A DNA stretch of 53,390 nucleotides from Candidatus Lloydbacteria bacterium CG22_combo_CG10-13_8_21_14_all_47_15 (GTDB lineage: Bacteria; Patescibacteriota; Minisyncoccia; Phycocordibacterales; 21-14-all-47-15): positions 1 to 53,390 of the forward strand of contig PCTL01000021.1 in assembly GCA_002771515.1 (NCBI GenBank). Direction: 5' to 3'. Below, in pieces: positions 8,990 to 19,228 of this stretch (position 1 is the first letter of the stretch; each line of letters begins with the position of its first letter). Made by a program: the position numbers and the translations under genes. The notes beneath the pieces are model-generated. The model did not search any database, had not been told where the DNA came from, and saw nothing but the letters and a program-made list of their open reading frames with translations.

Positions 8990-9763
8990 TTAGCCATCTA
9001 TTTTTGAGGCCGTGTCTAAAATTGCGGAAAATATTTTCGGCGAGAGACTCGCGCGTCCGACCAAAAGTCCGCCAGAGCCGGGCACACCTAAAAAGTCGGC
9101 GGCATTCCCATCATCTACGGAGCCGCCGTAGAGTATCGGCACCGAAAACGCCAACTTCTTGCCAAAGGCGTCCACCAAAATTTTCCGTATAAAAAGAAGC
9201 ATATTTTCAAACTCATGCGGAGTTGCCGAGCGCACGGCATACTCGCCAATAGCCCATATAGGTTCGTATGCAATAACGAGATTTTTGAGCGCCGACCGCG
9301 CAATGCCGGCAAGCGACTCTTTCAGCTCGGTTTCAACAAAAGAAAGATAGCGTCCGGCATCATCGCGCTCCGATTCACCAACGCAAACAATAGGAACAAG
9401 CCCGCGGTCAAGTGCCGCCTTTACTTTCCGTGCCACATCTTTACTCGTCTCGCCCGCCGCGCGTCGTTCTGAATGACCTAAAATCACATACGCCGCGCCA
9501 GTATCAGCAACCTGCGCCGCCGACACAAGACCTGTGTAGGCGCCCTCCGATTCCCAGAACGCGTCCTGCGCTCCTACAACGCACCTATGACCGGACACTT
9601 TTCCGGCAAGCTCTGATAGAAAAACAAACGGCGGACAGACCACCGTCTGAACTCCCCGCGTTTTACCGGCGTGTTGTTTTGTCAAAGAAAAAATCTTCCG
9701 TGCCTCCGTGCCTCGGACAGGGTTCATCTTCCAATTTGCGACAACAATTTTTTTCTCCGCCAT
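8990..9763 (-). CDS. tpiA: Triose-phosphate isomerase
   Basis: VANWKMN, ILGHSERR, IAYEPIWAIG and YGGSV. Confidence 0.95.
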   Translation of the reverse strand: MAEKKIVVANWKMNPVRGTEARKIFSLTKQHAGKTRGVQTVVCPPFVFLSELAGKVSGHRCVVGAQDAFWESEGAYTGLVSAAQVADTGAAYVILGHSERRAAGETSKDVARKVKAALDRGLVPIVCVGESERDDAGRYLSFVETELKESLAGIARSALKNLVIAYEPIWAIGEYAVRSATPHEFENMLLFIRKILVDAFGKKLAFSVPILYGGSVDDGNAADFLGVPGSGGLLVGRASLSPKIFSAILDTASKIDG

Positions 9764-9778
9764 AATAAAACTATAGTA

Positions 9779-11074
9779 TCATAGTTCGCTCCAACCGCTC
9801 GCCTCCCAACCGCCTGACGGACCGCTTGTGAAAAGCGCATTCTCAAGACCTGTCTCATACACCACCGCCGCTGAATTCTTAAGATTCACCACATGTCCGG
9901 TCACTTCTTTTAGTGTTACATTGTTCTGAATTTCCACCTTGCCGTGCGCCGCATATAGGATAACATCGCCTTCGGCACTGTTTTGAAGCTCTATTGCCTT
10001 CACTCCGCCTCCATTCTCCGAGCTCGTGTTCTGTGACAACATCAGAATATACGACCCTTCGGCGCCAGAACCGCTGTATGTCGTGGAATTTTTGAGAATA
10101 ATCGTACCACTATTCAGCGGGTCGGCAGGATTGTCAGCAATGACAGCTATCCCGATTGCACCGAGTGCGGAATCTATTTGAAGCACCGCGGTGTTTGCCA
10201 CCGTAATGTCGCCGACAACCCAGACCGGTCCGGCAAGCGTGATAGTGGGGCTTCCGGTAATTGATAAATCACAGGCAATTTTCACAGGACCGAGAGGGGT
10301 GTCCGAATTTATGGTATATGGGCAAGGGCTTGTGATAACGCCGCCGTCTAGAGCCGCCTGTTCAAGCTCCGCCACATCAGCATCTGAAATAGGGAGCGGT
10401 ACTTCCGGCTGGTCATCGCTTCCCGGATATAGAGTTCCCCACACTGTTGAGCCCGTAATCGTCTGATAGTGCGCGTCACCATCTATTTCCGCATTTTGTA
10501 TCGTATGCGCGTACGCGGTACCGGTGGCGTGTATGCCGTCAATCAAACCGGTGGAGCTTGCGGACACGACATCGCCGGTGATAAGATTGTCATTTGTCGC
10601 CTGAACGGGACCATTTGAATATAGGTTCCCTAAGACACGCGAGGTGTTTTCAAGGAGTATACCGCCGATACCCGACTGCGTGCCATAAAAAAACGAAGCT
10701 CCGACACCTCGGCTAATGCCGGCAGTCACCCGTCGCACCATCGTCGTTGTCGTCGCCGACGCAATCACAAGCTGACTGTCTGGCGATTCGGTCTCCACGC
10801 TAATACGCGCGACACCGGCTCCAAGCGGTATAGTATCGCCGGTTGCCACCGTATACCCTTTCTTTAAGCGGTAAACCGCGTCCTCAAGCGCGCTTTCCGC
10901 ACGATAAAAACTTTCTTCCGCGAGCGTATGCCTCTTTGCCGCGCGCAACTCCGAAAGAAGCGGGGTTGTAACGCTGAATAGAACTGCGGATGAAATAAAC
11001 AAGAAAAAGATGACAACAATAAGCATTGCCTGGCCCGACTCTCTGCTTTTATTTGTAATGTTGATGTTTTTCAT
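9779..11074 (-). CDS. PilX-like pilus-associated protein with an N-terminal anchor and a beta-helix-like repeat body
   Basis: GQAMLIVVIFFLFISSAVLF followed by ...AESALEDAVYRLK resembles the PilX N-terminal domain. It is the last gene of the prepilin-like series. Confidence 0.6.
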   Translation of the reverse strand: MKNINITNKSRESGQAMLIVVIFFLFISSAVLFSVTTPLLSELRAAKRHTLAEESFYRAESALEDAVYRLKKGYTVATGDTIPLGAGVARISVETESPDSQLVIASATTTTMVRRVTAGISRGVGASFFYGTQSGIGGILLENTSRVLGNLYSNGPVQATNDNLITGDVVSASSTGLIDGIHATGTAYAHTIQNAEIDGDAHYQTITGSTVWGTLYPGSDDQPEVPLPISDADVAELEQAALDGGVITSPCPYTINSDTPLGPVKIACDLSITGSPTITLAGPVWVVGDITVANTAVLQIDSALGAIGIAVIADNPADPLNSGTIILKNSTTYSGSGAEGSYILMLSQNTSSENGGGVKAIELQNSAEGDVILYAAHGKVEIQNNVTLKEVTGHVVNLKNSAAVVYETGLENALFTSGPSGGWEASGWSEL

Positions 11075-11076
11075 AC

Positions 11077-11607
11077 TTACTGCGAGCGCACAACCGCGCT
11101 CGTATAAAATGTCTCGCTCTTTGTTGTTTTTACAGTTGTCGCCGTAAGACCTAGCGTGATTTTCACAAGCTCCGAGTTTTGTGTCGGCGCATACTCAAAA
11201 AGAAGCGTATTGACGGTGGTACTGCCTGAAAGAAGCGAGCCGACAAACGCGCCATCGCGATAGAACACAAGCGTGCCATTCTCTACGCGGAAAAGAACGC
11301 TCGCTAAAGCATCGCCGTTCGTCGTGTTTAATGAAAGTATCCCCGGGCTTGTGTCAAAGACGCTTCCTGTCGTATCCACACTCGTCGCGCCGCGGATTTC
11401 GCGCGCGAAAACATCCAACGCGGAAAGCGCGGACAAGTTCACTTCTTTTGAAGCACGGAGACCGCCAAACGATGTATTCGCGGAAAGAATCGTCTGTATC
11501 ACGATCACCGAAATCATGGCAAGTATGGTGACATACGCAAGCACTTCAATAATCGTCGTGCCCGCACTTCCCCTTCCGTGATGTTTTGTATCCCGATAAA
11601 ACCGCAT
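11077..11607 (-). CDS. Prepilin-type N-terminal cleavage/methylation domain protein (minor-pilin-like)
   Basis: From ATG 11605-11607: MRFYRDTKHHGRGSAG/TTIIEVLAYVTILAMISVIVI, with Glu at +5. Thr at +1 is atypical. Confidence 0.7.
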   Translation of the reverse strand: MRFYRDTKHHGRGSAGTTIIEVLAYVTILAMISVIVIQTILSANTSFGGLRASKEVNLSALSALDVFAREIRGATSVDTTGSVFDTSPGILSLNTTNGDALASVLFRVENGTLVFYRDGAFVGSLLSGSTTVNTLLFEYAPTQNSELVKITLGLTATTVKTTKSETFYTSAVVRSQ

Positions 11608-11608
11608 A

Positions 11609-12097
11609 TTATTCAAAAATATTTGAAAAGTACGCACGGACTTCTCGCGTCGTGGTCGTGGCGGCGCGCTCAAACGACACACTGGCGCGGACTTCGCGCG
11701 TTTCAGCGTCAATATAGGTACCGCCGGACGAAGTGCTTATCTTGTTCGTCGCGCTATCGCGGGACACATTGTAAAGTGTTACCGTCCGCGTAAACATAGA
11801 ATCAATCGTGTCCGGTGTCGCAGTTGCCGTCCACTGCCCGCCGGAAAACACGAGATAATACGGAGTGCCTACGGCAAGCGACGCAAAAACACTCCAGTCG
11901 TCATCGCGAATACTCCTCATCGCCTCAACGCCTTCATCGGCAAGAAATGATACTTTTATAGTTTCGCGGACTTCGCGAGACACTCGTTCGTATGTACCGC
12001 CGGCAAAGACAATCCCCAGCAACGCGGAAGAAATAATCGCCGATCCAATAACGATTTCAATCAGCCCGAATCCTTGTTGTGCCGTCCTATTTCGCAT
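11609..12097 (-). CDS. Prepilin-type N-terminal domain protein (minor-pilin-like)
   Basis: MRNRTAQQG/FGLIEIVIGSAIISSALLGIV is a class III signal peptide. Confidence 0.8.
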   Translation of the reverse strand: MRNRTAQQGFGLIEIVIGSAIISSALLGIVFAGGTYERVSREVRETIKVSFLADEGVEAMRSIRDDDWSVFASLAVGTPYYLVFSGGQWTATATPDTIDSMFTRTVTLYNVSRDSATNKISTSSGGTYIDAETREVRASVSFERAATTTTREVRAYFSNIFE

Positions 12098-12099
12098 AG

Positions 12100-12606
12100 T
12101 TATTTAGCGATGCTTATCGCACCGGTCTTTGAAATATCAATTCTCCGCGTCTGTGCGGTATCACCGGTCAAAACAATTGTCACCGACCCATATTGACCGG
12201 TCTCACCGGAAAGCCGCTTGAACACTAGGTCGGAACCGCCGCCAAAAAGAGAAATGGCGTCAATGCGCGCGGACGAATGGAGCATATGCAATTCATTATC
12301 GGGCGCGCCGGGCGTGAATGAAGTTCCTGCAAAAAGCACTGCGTTATCGGTGTCAAAATGTACGCCGTAACCTTTGCCGTCAAGAGAACCAAGCGTTCTA
12401 CTGCGTGCGTCTTCAATGAGTGAAATCATTGCTCCAACTTCGCCGACAAGTACCTGCGTATTGCGCCAACGCGCAAGTGGCGACGCAACAATCACGGCAA
12501 GCATCATGAGAATCACTAAAGAAACAAGTATTTCAACCAGTGTAAAGCCGGTATTTCTACGAGCGTCTGCTCCGATGCCCGTTTTTTGTCGCCCGTATAC
12601 ACGCAT
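12100..12606 (-). CDS. Prepilin-type N-terminal domain protein (GspH/FimT-like)
   Basis: RRNTG/FTLVEILVSLVILMMLAVIV is a canonical G/FTLxE prepilin motif. Confidence 0.8.
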   Translation of the reverse strand: MRVYGRQKTGIGADARRNTGFTLVEILVSLVILMMLAVIVASPLARWRNTQVLVGEVGAMISLIEDARSRTLGSLDGKGYGVHFDTDNAVLFAGTSFTPGAPDNELHMLHSSARIDAISLFGGGSDLVFKRLSGETGQYGSVTIVLTGDTAQTRRIDISKTGAISIAK

Positions 12607-12607
12607 A

Positions 12608-13789
12608 TCAAAAACCGGCGGAAAGCGAATACATCGGCTGAATCATAGAAAATGCGAAAAAGCCGACCGCCGCGCCGATTAAAATAAGAAGAAACGGCTC
12701 AACAACAGTTGACAAGTCGTCTGTCGCCGAGGTCACTTCTGATTCGTAAAAATCAGCAATCTCCGAGAGCGTTGCTGAAAGTTTGCCGGTCTCCTCACCG
12801 ACCATCATCATTTCGGATACAAGAAGCGGATAAATATCCTCTCGTACGGAAAAAGCTTCAGATATAGGAATACCTTTTTGAATATTTTTCTTCGCGTCGG
12901 CGACAACGGTTTTGTAATAGCTGTTCTGAAGAACTTCACTCGTAATATCAAGCGCGTCTGAAATTTGAACGCCGGATACCAAAAGCGACGAGAGCGTACG
13001 CGCTGTGCGCGCGGCATTTATTTTCTTGGTAAGACCGCCGATGATCGGCAGGTGAAGAAAGAGCCAATCAATGGCGCGTTTTCCAAAATGAGTCCTTGCA
13101 ACCGCGAAGAGTCCGGCGAAGAGTCCGGCGAAGAGCGTGAAAAACAATATCGTATGCGACCGCATTAGCTCGCTTGAGGTAATAATAAACTGCGTAGAGA
13201 GTGGCAAATCAACATCAAGCTCTTCAAATGTACTCGTGAGCGTCGGCACTACATATATCAGCATAACAATACTGATAATAACCATAGCGATGAGAATAAT
13301 AATCGGGTAAATCATCGCGCCACGCACCTTTTTGCGAAGAGCGTGCGCGCGTTCCAGCTGGCGCGCGATACTCTTTAGTGAATCGGAGAGTTTTCCTGAT
13401 TCCTCTCCTGCGTGCACCATCGCGATAAACAAAGCCGAGAAAATATTTGGAAATTTCCCCAAGGAATCATGAAAACTCTCGCCGTGCACAACGCTTGTAT
13501 TCACATCGCGTATCGTCTGTTTGAATTTCACACTATCGCTCTGGCGGCTTAAAATAGAAAGTCCGCGAGACAGCGTCAAGCCGGCGCCAACCATAACACT
13601 TAAATTTTTGGCAAAAAGCATCTTATTCTTCAAGCTGACAGTTGAAAAGTTTGTGTTCAGCCATCCGAGAACACCGGTCGGCTCATCTATGGTTGCGCGA
13701 GTACTGTAAACACCCGAAGAGGGCTTCGGTTCCACTGGCGTATTTGTTGAGTACATAACTTGATCGCGCGCCATATTCCAATATTCCAT
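12608..13789 (-). CDS. pilC: Type IV pilus platform protein, PilC / GspF family
   Basis: 393 aa with duplicated T2SS-F repeats (LSRGLSILS..., MVHAGEESG / MVGEETG). The TAATG stop/start overlap with pilB suggests translational coupling. Confidence 0.9.
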   Translation of the reverse strand: MEYWNMARDQVMYSTNTPVEPKPSSGVYSTRATIDEPTGVLGWLNTNFSTVSLKNKMLFAKNLSVMVGAGLTLSRGLSILSRQSDSVKFKQTIRDVNTSVVHGESFHDSLGKFPNIFSALFIAMVHAGEESGKLSDSLKSIARQLERAHALRKKVRGAMIYPIIILIAMVIISIVMLIYVVPTLTSTFEELDVDLPLSTQFIITSSELMRSHTILFFTLFAGLFAGLFAVARTHFGKRAIDWLFLHLPIIGGLTKKINAARTARTLSSLLVSGVQISDALDITSEVLQNSYYKTVVADAKKNIQKGIPISEAFSVREDIYPLLVSEMMMVGEETGKLSATLSEIADFYESEVTSATDDLSTVVEPFLLILIGAAVGFFAFSMIQPMYSLSAGF

Positions 13790-15534
13790 TATTCGCTAAT
13801 AACACGAAGTACCTCCTCAATGGTTGTAACGCCTTGTACCGCCTTAAACATACCGTCTTCAATCATTGTGAGCATTCCCTCTTTCTTTGCCTGATTTTCA
13901 ATATCGTCGGTTGTCGCGCCACCTATGACCAAATCCCTAATTGTCGGCGTTACCGCAAGCACTTCGCTGATACCGATGCGTCCGCTATAACCGTCTTCTG
14001 ACTCGGGTGTGATTTTTGGTTTGTAAAATACAATACTCCGCCAGGTTTCATCCGGGCCGACAGCGTGCTCGTCTTTCAGAAGCGCGAGCATGCGTTCAAG
14101 GTCAATCACTTTCGCGAGCGATTTTTCTTCGTCGGCTGACAGATTATATTTTTCTTTCCGCTTGTGGAGCTTGCGCACCAACCGCTGCGCGATAATCACC
14201 TTCACCGTTGAGACGATAAGGAACGGCTCTACTTTCATATCAAGAAGCCGCGGAATAGCGCCGGCGGCGGAATTTGTATGAAGTGTTGAGAGCACGAGGT
14301 GGCCGGTCAGCGCGGCGTTCACGGCGAGACCGGCCGTCTCATTGTCGCGTATTTCACCAACCATGATAATGTCCGGGTCTTGCCGCACGAGCGAACGCAA
14401 GCCGTTTGCGAAAGAAAACCCGATGTCCGGCCTAACCTGCGTCTGATTGGCGCGCTTCATCTGATATTCAATCGGGTCCTCAATCGTTGAAATATTCACA
14501 TCGGTCGTGTTCAAAATATCAAGTATTGTGTAGAGCGTTGTTGTCTTCCCCGAACCTGTCGGGCCAGTCGCAAGAATCATTCCCGTTGTCTGCTTCGTCG
14601 CGTGATGCAGTCGCTCAAGCGCTTCTCCGTGAAAGCCGAGCGATTCCAGAGTAAAACCCTGCGCGCCCTCTTTCAAAAGCCGGAGCACGGTCTTCTCTCC
14701 GTAGTATGTCGGGAGAATAGAAACGCGAAACGACACCTTTTCAGGCGCTTCAACTTTGAAACGCCCGTCCTGCGGAAGCCGTTTTTCGTCAAGCTTTAAT
14801 CCCGAAAGAACTTTGAGCCGCGCGGTCACCGCCGAAGCCGCCTCCCTCGGCAAAACCATCGCATCGTGCAAGATACCATCAATCCGATAGCGCACGATCA
14901 TTTGATTCTCCTGTGGCTCAACATGTATATCGGATACACCCTGCACAATTGCGTGCGACAATAGCGTATCAACAATACGGACCACAGGAAGGTCGGCCGC
15001 AAGTTTCTTTAAATCTTCCTCCGAGACATCTTCGCCTCCCTTTTGCGAGAGCTTCAAAAACGCGGCGTCTTTCTGGATAAGGTTACCAAATTCTTCTTTC
15101 AAGCTTTTCTGGTACTGAAGGAGTGCCGCTTTGATTGAGTTATCATCAGTAAGCCGCGGAAGAATTTTGATTCGTGCTTTCTTTTTAACAAAATCAATTG
15201 CCTCAAGGTCATTGGTATCAAGCATCGCAACCTCAAGCCCTTCGTCAGTTTTCCGAAACGCGACGATATTGTGCTTCCGTGCTATCGGCTCAGGAATCAT
15301 AGAGAGCACCTCAAAAGCGAGCTTTTGCCCTTTCAAGTCAACGAACGGAATACCCAACACATACGCCTCAATTTTTCTGATATCAGACGCATCCGCCGTA
15401 CCGCGGAGTAAAAGCTCTTCCTGAAGCGTAGTTTTCTTTTGTTCCGCGTCTACAGCAGCCGCCTCTACTTCCGCTTTGGAGAGTAGTCCCGAATCAAGCA
15501 AAAACTCTTTTAATTTTTCCTGGTCAACAACCAT
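13789..15534 (-). CDS. pilB: Type IV pilus assembly ATPase, PilB / GspE family
   Basis: Walker A GPTGSGKTTT, Asp box IEDPIEY, Walker B IIMVGEIRD, His box GHLVLSTLHTN. Confidence 0.9.
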   Translation of the reverse strand: MVVDQEKLKEFLLDSGLLSKAEVEAAAVDAEQKKTTLQEELLLRGTADASDIRKIEAYVLGIPFVDLKGQKLAFEVLSMIPEPIARKHNIVAFRKTDEGLEVAMLDTNDLEAIDFVKKKARIKILPRLTDDNSIKAALLQYQKSLKEEFGNLIQKDAAFLKLSQKGGEDVSEEDLKKLAADLPVVRIVDTLLSHAIVQGVSDIHVEPQENQMIVRYRIDGILHDAMVLPREAASAVTARLKVLSGLKLDEKRLPQDGRFKVEAPEKVSFRVSILPTYYGEKTVLRLLKEGAQGFTLESLGFHGEALERLHHATKQTTGMILATGPTGSGKTTTLYTILDILNTTDVNISTIEDPIEYQMKRANQTQVRPDIGFSFANGLRSLVRQDPDIIMVGEIRDNETAGLAVNAALTGHLVLSTLHTNSAAGAIPRLLDMKVEPFLIVSTVKVIIAQRLVRKLHKRKEKYNLSADEEKSLAKVIDLERMLALLKDEHAVGPDETWRSIVFYKPKITPESEDGYSGRIGISEVLAVTPTIRDLVIGGATTDDIENQAKKEGMLTMIEDGMFKAVQGVTTIEEVLRVISE

Positions 15535-15608
15535 GGTGTCTTTATATCAGTATACCAAGAAATACGGAGGCGTGTGTGGAATAATGCACAGATAGAGCTG
15601 GCATGATG

Positions 15609-15637
15609 TTGTTTCTTTTTCACAGATATGGTATTAT
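15609..15637 (+). promoter_or_regulatory. Candidate sigma70-type promoter for nusA
   Basis: TTGTTT, a 17-nt spacer ending in TGg, then TATTAT. It lies about 75 nt upstream of the nusA ATG. Confidence 0.35.
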
Positions 15638-15713
15638 ACTAATATAGGTTGAATATGGTTATCTACTGTCCGCTCTGCATGAGAGACGGGCATTTATTTT
15701 TAATAAAACAACT

Positions 15714-17111
15714 ATGATTGATTTAAAAACCGTAAAAACAACGCTGGAGCAACTGGAAACCGAACGCGGTATTTCAAAAGAACGGCTCATTGACGCGATA
15801 GAGCAATCGCTCGCCGCCGCGTATAAAAAGGAGTATGGAAAGCGCGGACAGATTGTGCGCGCGCACTTTGATTTGGGTACGGGGCAGGCTGACTTTTTAC
15901 AAGTGCGCGTTGTTGTTTCACCTGATGAGGTTCGGGTAACTGAAGAAGTTCCTACTCGCGAAACAAGCGGAGCGAGCGCGCCAGCAAAAACCACTGGGAT
16001 AAGAATCGCTCCTGCCGATGAAGAAACCGTGGATGAAAAAGAAACAGATGAGCGTATCCGATTCAATCCGGAACACCACATTCTTCTTGAGGACGCACAA
16101 AAAATAAAGAAGGACGCTAAGGCGGGTGATGAGATTGTTTTTCCGCTTGAGAATAAGGACGACTACGGCAGAATTGCCGCGCAGACGGCAAAGCAGGTGA
16201 TTATCCAGCGTATCCGCGAAGCTGAAAAAGAATCGGTCATCGGCGAGTACGGCAACCGAAAAGGAGAAATCGTGTCGGGAACCGTCCAGCGGATAGAGCG
16301 CGGGACGATATATGTTGACCTGGGTCGCGCTGTTGCTATTTTGCAATATCAAGAGCAGATACCTGGCGAACGATACCGCCAAGGCGAGCCGATTCGCGCA
16401 TATCTCTACTCGGCAGAAGACACACCGCGCGGCATTTCACTCCGCCTATCGCGCTCTCATCCGAAATTTATTGAGGAACTATTCAAGTTGGAAGCGCCGG
16501 AAGTCGCAAGTGGCGTTGTAGTCATCAAATCAATCGCCCGTGAAGTCGGCTCGCGCACAAAAATTGCCGTACATTCAGAAGACGATCATGTAGACCCTGT
16601 CGGTGCATGCGTCGGGCCGAAAGGCGTGCGTGTTTCCACTGTAATGAGCGAACTACACGGCGAAAAGATAGATATCATTGAGTGGTCGGACGATATCGTC
16701 CAATATATTGCCGGAGCGCTCTCTCCCGCGCAGGCGGTGTCTGTTGAGGTGTTGGATGATACTGCGGGCCACGCGCGCGTTGAAGTGGCGCCGGACCAAC
16801 TATCGCTTGCAATTGGCAAAGGCGGACAAAATGTGCGACTTGCCGCAAAACTGACCGGCTGGAAGCTTGATATAATATCAACGGAAGAGGATGCTTCTCG
16901 CAACAAAAAAACGGAGGATACAGAAGCAGTGGATACGAATACCGTAGTGGATATGGCTTCCGAAACAACCGAAAAAGAAACGGGCGAGAAAGAAGAAGCA
17001 GATGTGACTTCCGAAACCGCTGAAGAAACTGGCGAGAAGGAAGAAGTGGATGTGGCTTCCGAAACAACCGAAAAAGAAACTGGCGAGAAGAAAGAAACTG
17101 CCAAAGAATAA
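15714..17111 (+). CDS. nusA: Transcription termination/antitermination factor NusA
   Basis: N-terminal LEQLETERGISKERLIDAIEQSLAAAYKK. S1 domain GEIVSGTVQRIERGTIYVDLG. KH domains SRTKIAVHSEDDHVDPVGACVGPKGVRV and LAIGKGGQNVRLAAKLTGWKLDI. Confidence 0.9.
   Translation: MIDLKTVKTTLEQLETERGISKERLIDAIEQSLAAAYKKEYGKRGQIVRAHFDLGTGQADFLQVRVVVSPDEVRVTEEVPTRETSGASAPAKTTGIRIAPADEETVDEKETDERIRFNPEHHILLEDAQKIKKDAKAGDEIVFPLENKDDYGRIAAQTAKQVIIQRIREAEKESVIGEYGNRKGEIVSGTVQRIERGTIYVDLGRAVAILQYQEQIPGERYRQGEPIRAYLYSAEDTPRGISLRLSRSHPKFIEELFKLEAPEVASGVVVIKSIAREVGSRTKIAVHSEDDHVDPVGACVGPKGVRVSTVMSELHGEKIDIIEWSDDIVQYIAGALSPAQAVSVEVLDDTAGHARVEVAPDQLSLAIGKGGQNVRLAAKLTGWKLDIISTEEDASRNKKTEDTEAVDTNTVVDMASETTEKETGEKEEADVTSETAEETGEKEEVDVASETTEKETGEKKETAKE
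16956..17100 (+). repeat. In-frame tandem repeat encoding the acidic NusA tail
   Basis: GCTTCCGAAACAACCGAAAAAGAAAC(G/T)GGCGAGAA recurs at 16956 and 17055, a 99-nt period made of two roughly 48-nt sub-repeats. The peptide is ASETTEKETGEKEEADVTSETAEETGEKEEVDV. Confidence 0.8.
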
Positions 17112-17150
17112 TTGCGCGATGACACATTATCAATTCATTAACAATATCTT

Positions 17151-19136
17151 ATGATCACATATTTTATTTTCGGAAGCGCCTTGCTTGCAATTCTCTACGG
17201 CGTTTTTCTTACAAAAAAAATTCTTGCGCTCCCGACAGGAAATGAAAAAATGGTAATGATAAGCCAGGCGATACAGGAAGGCGCGCGCGCGTACTTAAAC
17301 CGCCAATATAAAACAATTGCGGTTGTAGCGCTTGTACTTGTCGCGATTATCGGCTTTACGCCTGTCTTGGGCTGGATGACCGCGCTAGCATTTCTTGTCG
17401 GCGCAATTCTCTCCGGCGCCGCGGGCTACATCGGCATGAATATCTCCGTCAGAGCAAATGTGCGGACTGCCGAAGCGGCGCGCAGCGGATTGGCTAGCGC
17501 ATTTTCTGCAGCCGTGCACGGCGGCGCCGTCACGGGGATGCTTGTCGTGGGGCTTGCGCTATTAGGCGTTGCCGGATTCTACTACACGACTGGGAACCTG
17601 ACCGCGTTGATAGGGCTTGGCTTCGGCGGCTCGCTCATTTCAATCTTCGCGCGCTTAGGCGGAGGTATTTTTACAAAAGCTGCCGATGTTGGCGCAGACC
17701 TCGTGGGAAAAGTTGAAGCTGGCATTCCAGAAGATGACCCGAGAAACCCAGCTGTCATCGCCGACAATGTGGGTGACAATGTGGGTGACTGCGCCGGCAT
17801 GGCGGCAGACCTATTTGAGACATATGTCGTTACTATTATTGCGTCAATGATTCTTGGGCATCTGCTGTTTGAAGGATTTAATAATGCACTTGTGTATCCG
17901 ATGCTTTTAGGCGCTGTTTCCATTATCGCCTCAATTATAGGTATCTCTTTCATCCGCCTTGGCGCCTCGCAAAATATCATGGGGGCACTCTATAAAGGGC
18001 TTGCCGCAGCTGCCATACTATCTCTAATCGGTTTCTACCCTATTACAAACGCGTTTATGGCGGGCAACGGAACCTACACAACACTCGCAATCTACCTTTC
18101 GGCGGTCATCGGCATTATCGTTACGGCACTTATGGTCGTCATCACCGAATATTACACATCAACACGCTTCGCGCCGGTACGATACATTGCCGAAGCATCC
18201 ACTACAGGACATGGAACAAACATCATCGCTGGGCTCGCGGTGTCCATGAAGGCGACCGCGTGGCCGGTCATCGTTATCGCCGCTGCGATTTTTGGAAGCT
18301 TCTCGCTCGCCGGTATCTACGGTGTTGCGATTGCCGTTGTTTCAATGCTTTCAATGGCGGGAATTATCGTAACACTTGATGCGTACGGACCTATTACCGA
18401 TAACGCTGGCGGTATCGCAGAAATGGCGGGGCTCCCGAGCGAGGTGCGTGCCGTTACAGACCCGCTAGACGCAGTCGGCAATACAACCAAGGCAGTCACA
18501 AAAGGATACGCGATCAGTTCCGCGGGTCTTGCCGCCCTAGTGCTTTTTGCTGATTTCACTCATTCCATCGGCGAAGGATTTTCATTTGCAATAGATGACC
18601 CGAGCGTTCTTATAGGTCTCTTCATTGGCGGACTGCTCCCATACTATTTCGCGGCACTTTCAATGGAATCGGTGGGAAAAGCCGCAAGTGGGGTTGTGTC
18701 TGAGGTTCGCACACAGTTCAAAGAACACCCGGGTATCATGGCAGGTACGGAAAAGCCGGACTACAGCCGCACTGTTGACCTAGTCACTAAAGCAGCTATT
18801 AAGGAAATGATTGTACCGTCGCTAATTCCGGTATTCGCGCCAATTCTTGTCGGGTTCATTCTTGGTATCACCGCGTTGGGCGGCATGCTTATCGGTACTA
18901 TAATCACCGGCATCTTTGTAGCCATCTCAATGACTTCTGGCGGCGGCGCGTGGGATAATGCGAAAAAATATATTGAAGACGGAAATTTCGGCGGGAAAGG
19001 CTCGGAAGCTCACAAAGCAGCCGTCACAGGCGATACAGTGGGCGACCCCTACAAAGACACCGCGGGTCCGGCGATTAACCCGATGATTAAGATTGTCAAC
19101 ATAGTTGCCCTGCTTATTGTCAGCATGCTACTCTAA
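17151..19136 (+). CDS. hppA: Membrane-bound proton/sodium-translocating pyrophosphatase
   Basis: 661 aa and polytopic. [20 protein letters not shown] and [19 protein letters not shown] are H+-PPase signatures. Confidence 0.95.
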   Translation: MITYFIFGSALLAILYGVFLTKKILALPTGNEKMVMISQAIQEGARAYLNRQYKTIAVVALVLVAIIGFTPVLGWMTALAFLVGAILSGAAGYIGMNISVRANVRTAEAARSGLASAFSAAVHGGAVTGMLVVGLALLGVAGFYYTTGNLTALIGLGFGGSLISIFARLGGGIFTKAADVGADLVGKVEAGIPEDDPRNPAVIADNVGDNVGDCAGMAADLFETYVVTIIASMILGHLLFEGFNNALVYPMLLGAVSIIASIIGISFIRLGASQNIMGALYKGLAAAAILSLIGFYPITNAFMAGNGTYTTLAIYLSAVIGIIVTALMVVITEYYTSTRFAPVRYIAEASTTGHGTNIIAGLAVSMKATAWPVIVIAAAIFGSFSLAGIYGVAIAVVSMLSMAGIIVTLDAYGPITDNAGGIAEMAGLPSEVRAVTDPLDAVGNTTKAVTKGYAISSAGLAALVLFADFTHSIGEGFSFAIDDPSVLIGLFIGGLLPYYFAALSMESVGKAASGVVSEVRTQFKEHPGIMAGTEKPDYSRTVDLVTKAAIKEMIVPSLIPVFAPILVGFILGITALGGMLIGTIITGIFVAISMTSGGGAWDNAKKYIEDGNFGGKGSEAHKAAVTGDTVGDPYKDTAGPAINPMIKIVNIVALLIVSMLL

Positions 19137-19228
19137 AGGAAAGCGGTTGCATATGCATCGCAGACACAAAACAATACTGCGGCAATATGCTCACATTGTT
19201 TATTATCAACCTAATCGTACACATCATT

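Noticed and set aside
16586-17125. A 179-aa (and a 152-aa) minus-strand ORF rich in Ser, Val and Phe.
   Set aside because: It lies antisense to the repetitive acidic tail of nusA. The open frame is a by-product of GAA/GAG-rich repeats on the coding strand.
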